Shown here: piece by piece, positions 45,427-47,074 of the stretch
How positions within the stretch are numbered: the first letter of the stretch is position 1
Layout: the number at the start of each line of letters is the position of its first letter
DNA from: Bacteroidota bacterium
GTDB taxonomy: Bacteria > Bacteroidota > Bacteroidia > Chitinophagales > Chitinophagaceae
Direction of reading: 5' to 3'
DNA length: 47,074 nt
Assembly: GCA_026391115.1 (NCBI GenBank)
Contig: JAPLER010000096.1
Location: forward strand, 2,097-49,170
Program-made: the position numbers and the translations under genes
Notes under the pieces: model-generated
Seen by the model: only the letters and a program-made list of their open reading frames with translations
What the model was told of the DNA's origin: nothing
Database searches by the model: none

Positions 45427-45510
45427 TTTATAGTCTTAGCCTATAAAAATATTTATGGAGTAATTTGATTATATCGAGGTGGAAATATTTTTATTTAATA
45501 ATAAACGATA

Positions 45511-46983
<1,473 letters not shown>

Positions 46984-47024
46984 TCAACATTTAAAATTCT
47001 AAATTTATCATTCAACATTATTCG

Positions 47025-47074
47025 TTATTCCCACTCAATTGTTGCAGGTGGCTTGTTACTGATATCATACACCA
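47025..47074 (-). CDS. guaA: GMP synthase, last 16 codons plus stop; the rest lies beyond the window end
   Basis: My own minus-strand translation ...VYDISNKPPATIEWE* matches the conserved GuaA C-terminus (PPATIEWE). It lies immediately upstream of guaB. Confidence 0.7.
   Translation of the reverse strand, partial: VYDISNKPPATIEWE

Overview
This is a gene-dense, visibly AT-rich chromosomal segment, roughly one-third G+C by eye (not computed). I read it as a Bacteroidota genome of Flavobacteriia, Sphingobacteriia or Chitinophagia type. Three things support that: a T9SS C-terminal sorting domain, an ExbB-ExbD-ExbD-TonB cluster, and many TAnnTTTG (-7) promoter boxes in place of Shine-Dalgarno or -10/-35 signals.

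About 52 protein genes are present and most are housekeeping:
- meaB (partial), cysS, msrB, adk, psuG, recX, osmC, serS, trmD, a Y-family polymerase, gcvT, guaB, guaA (partial)
- an RND efflux set (adaptor, pump, TolC-like)
- many small lipoproteins

I found no rRNA, tRNA, CRISPR array, transposase, integrase, phage gene or recognisable defence system. I cannot point to a clear new system.

The best candidates for a second look are:
1. A divergent thiol-redox/outer-membrane trio that sits between the RND adaptor and the pump: a TlpA-like CIPC protein, a 529-aa barrel with a C-terminal CVGGVC, and an Omp28-like lipoprotein with WCGFC.
2. TGA is never used as a terminator in the 51 gene ends I checked. 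The only two in-frame TGAs I noticed in homology-supported reading frames each interrupt a frame that then stays open.
3. A perfect 14-bp palindrome overlaps the promoter of an orphan UmuC-like polymerase.
4. The PSP1/RicT-like protein carries a long Q/N-rich tail.
5. Several -7 boxes lie so close to the ATG that they imply leaderless mRNAs.

All coordinates were indexed by hand against ORF-track anchors. No database search was run.
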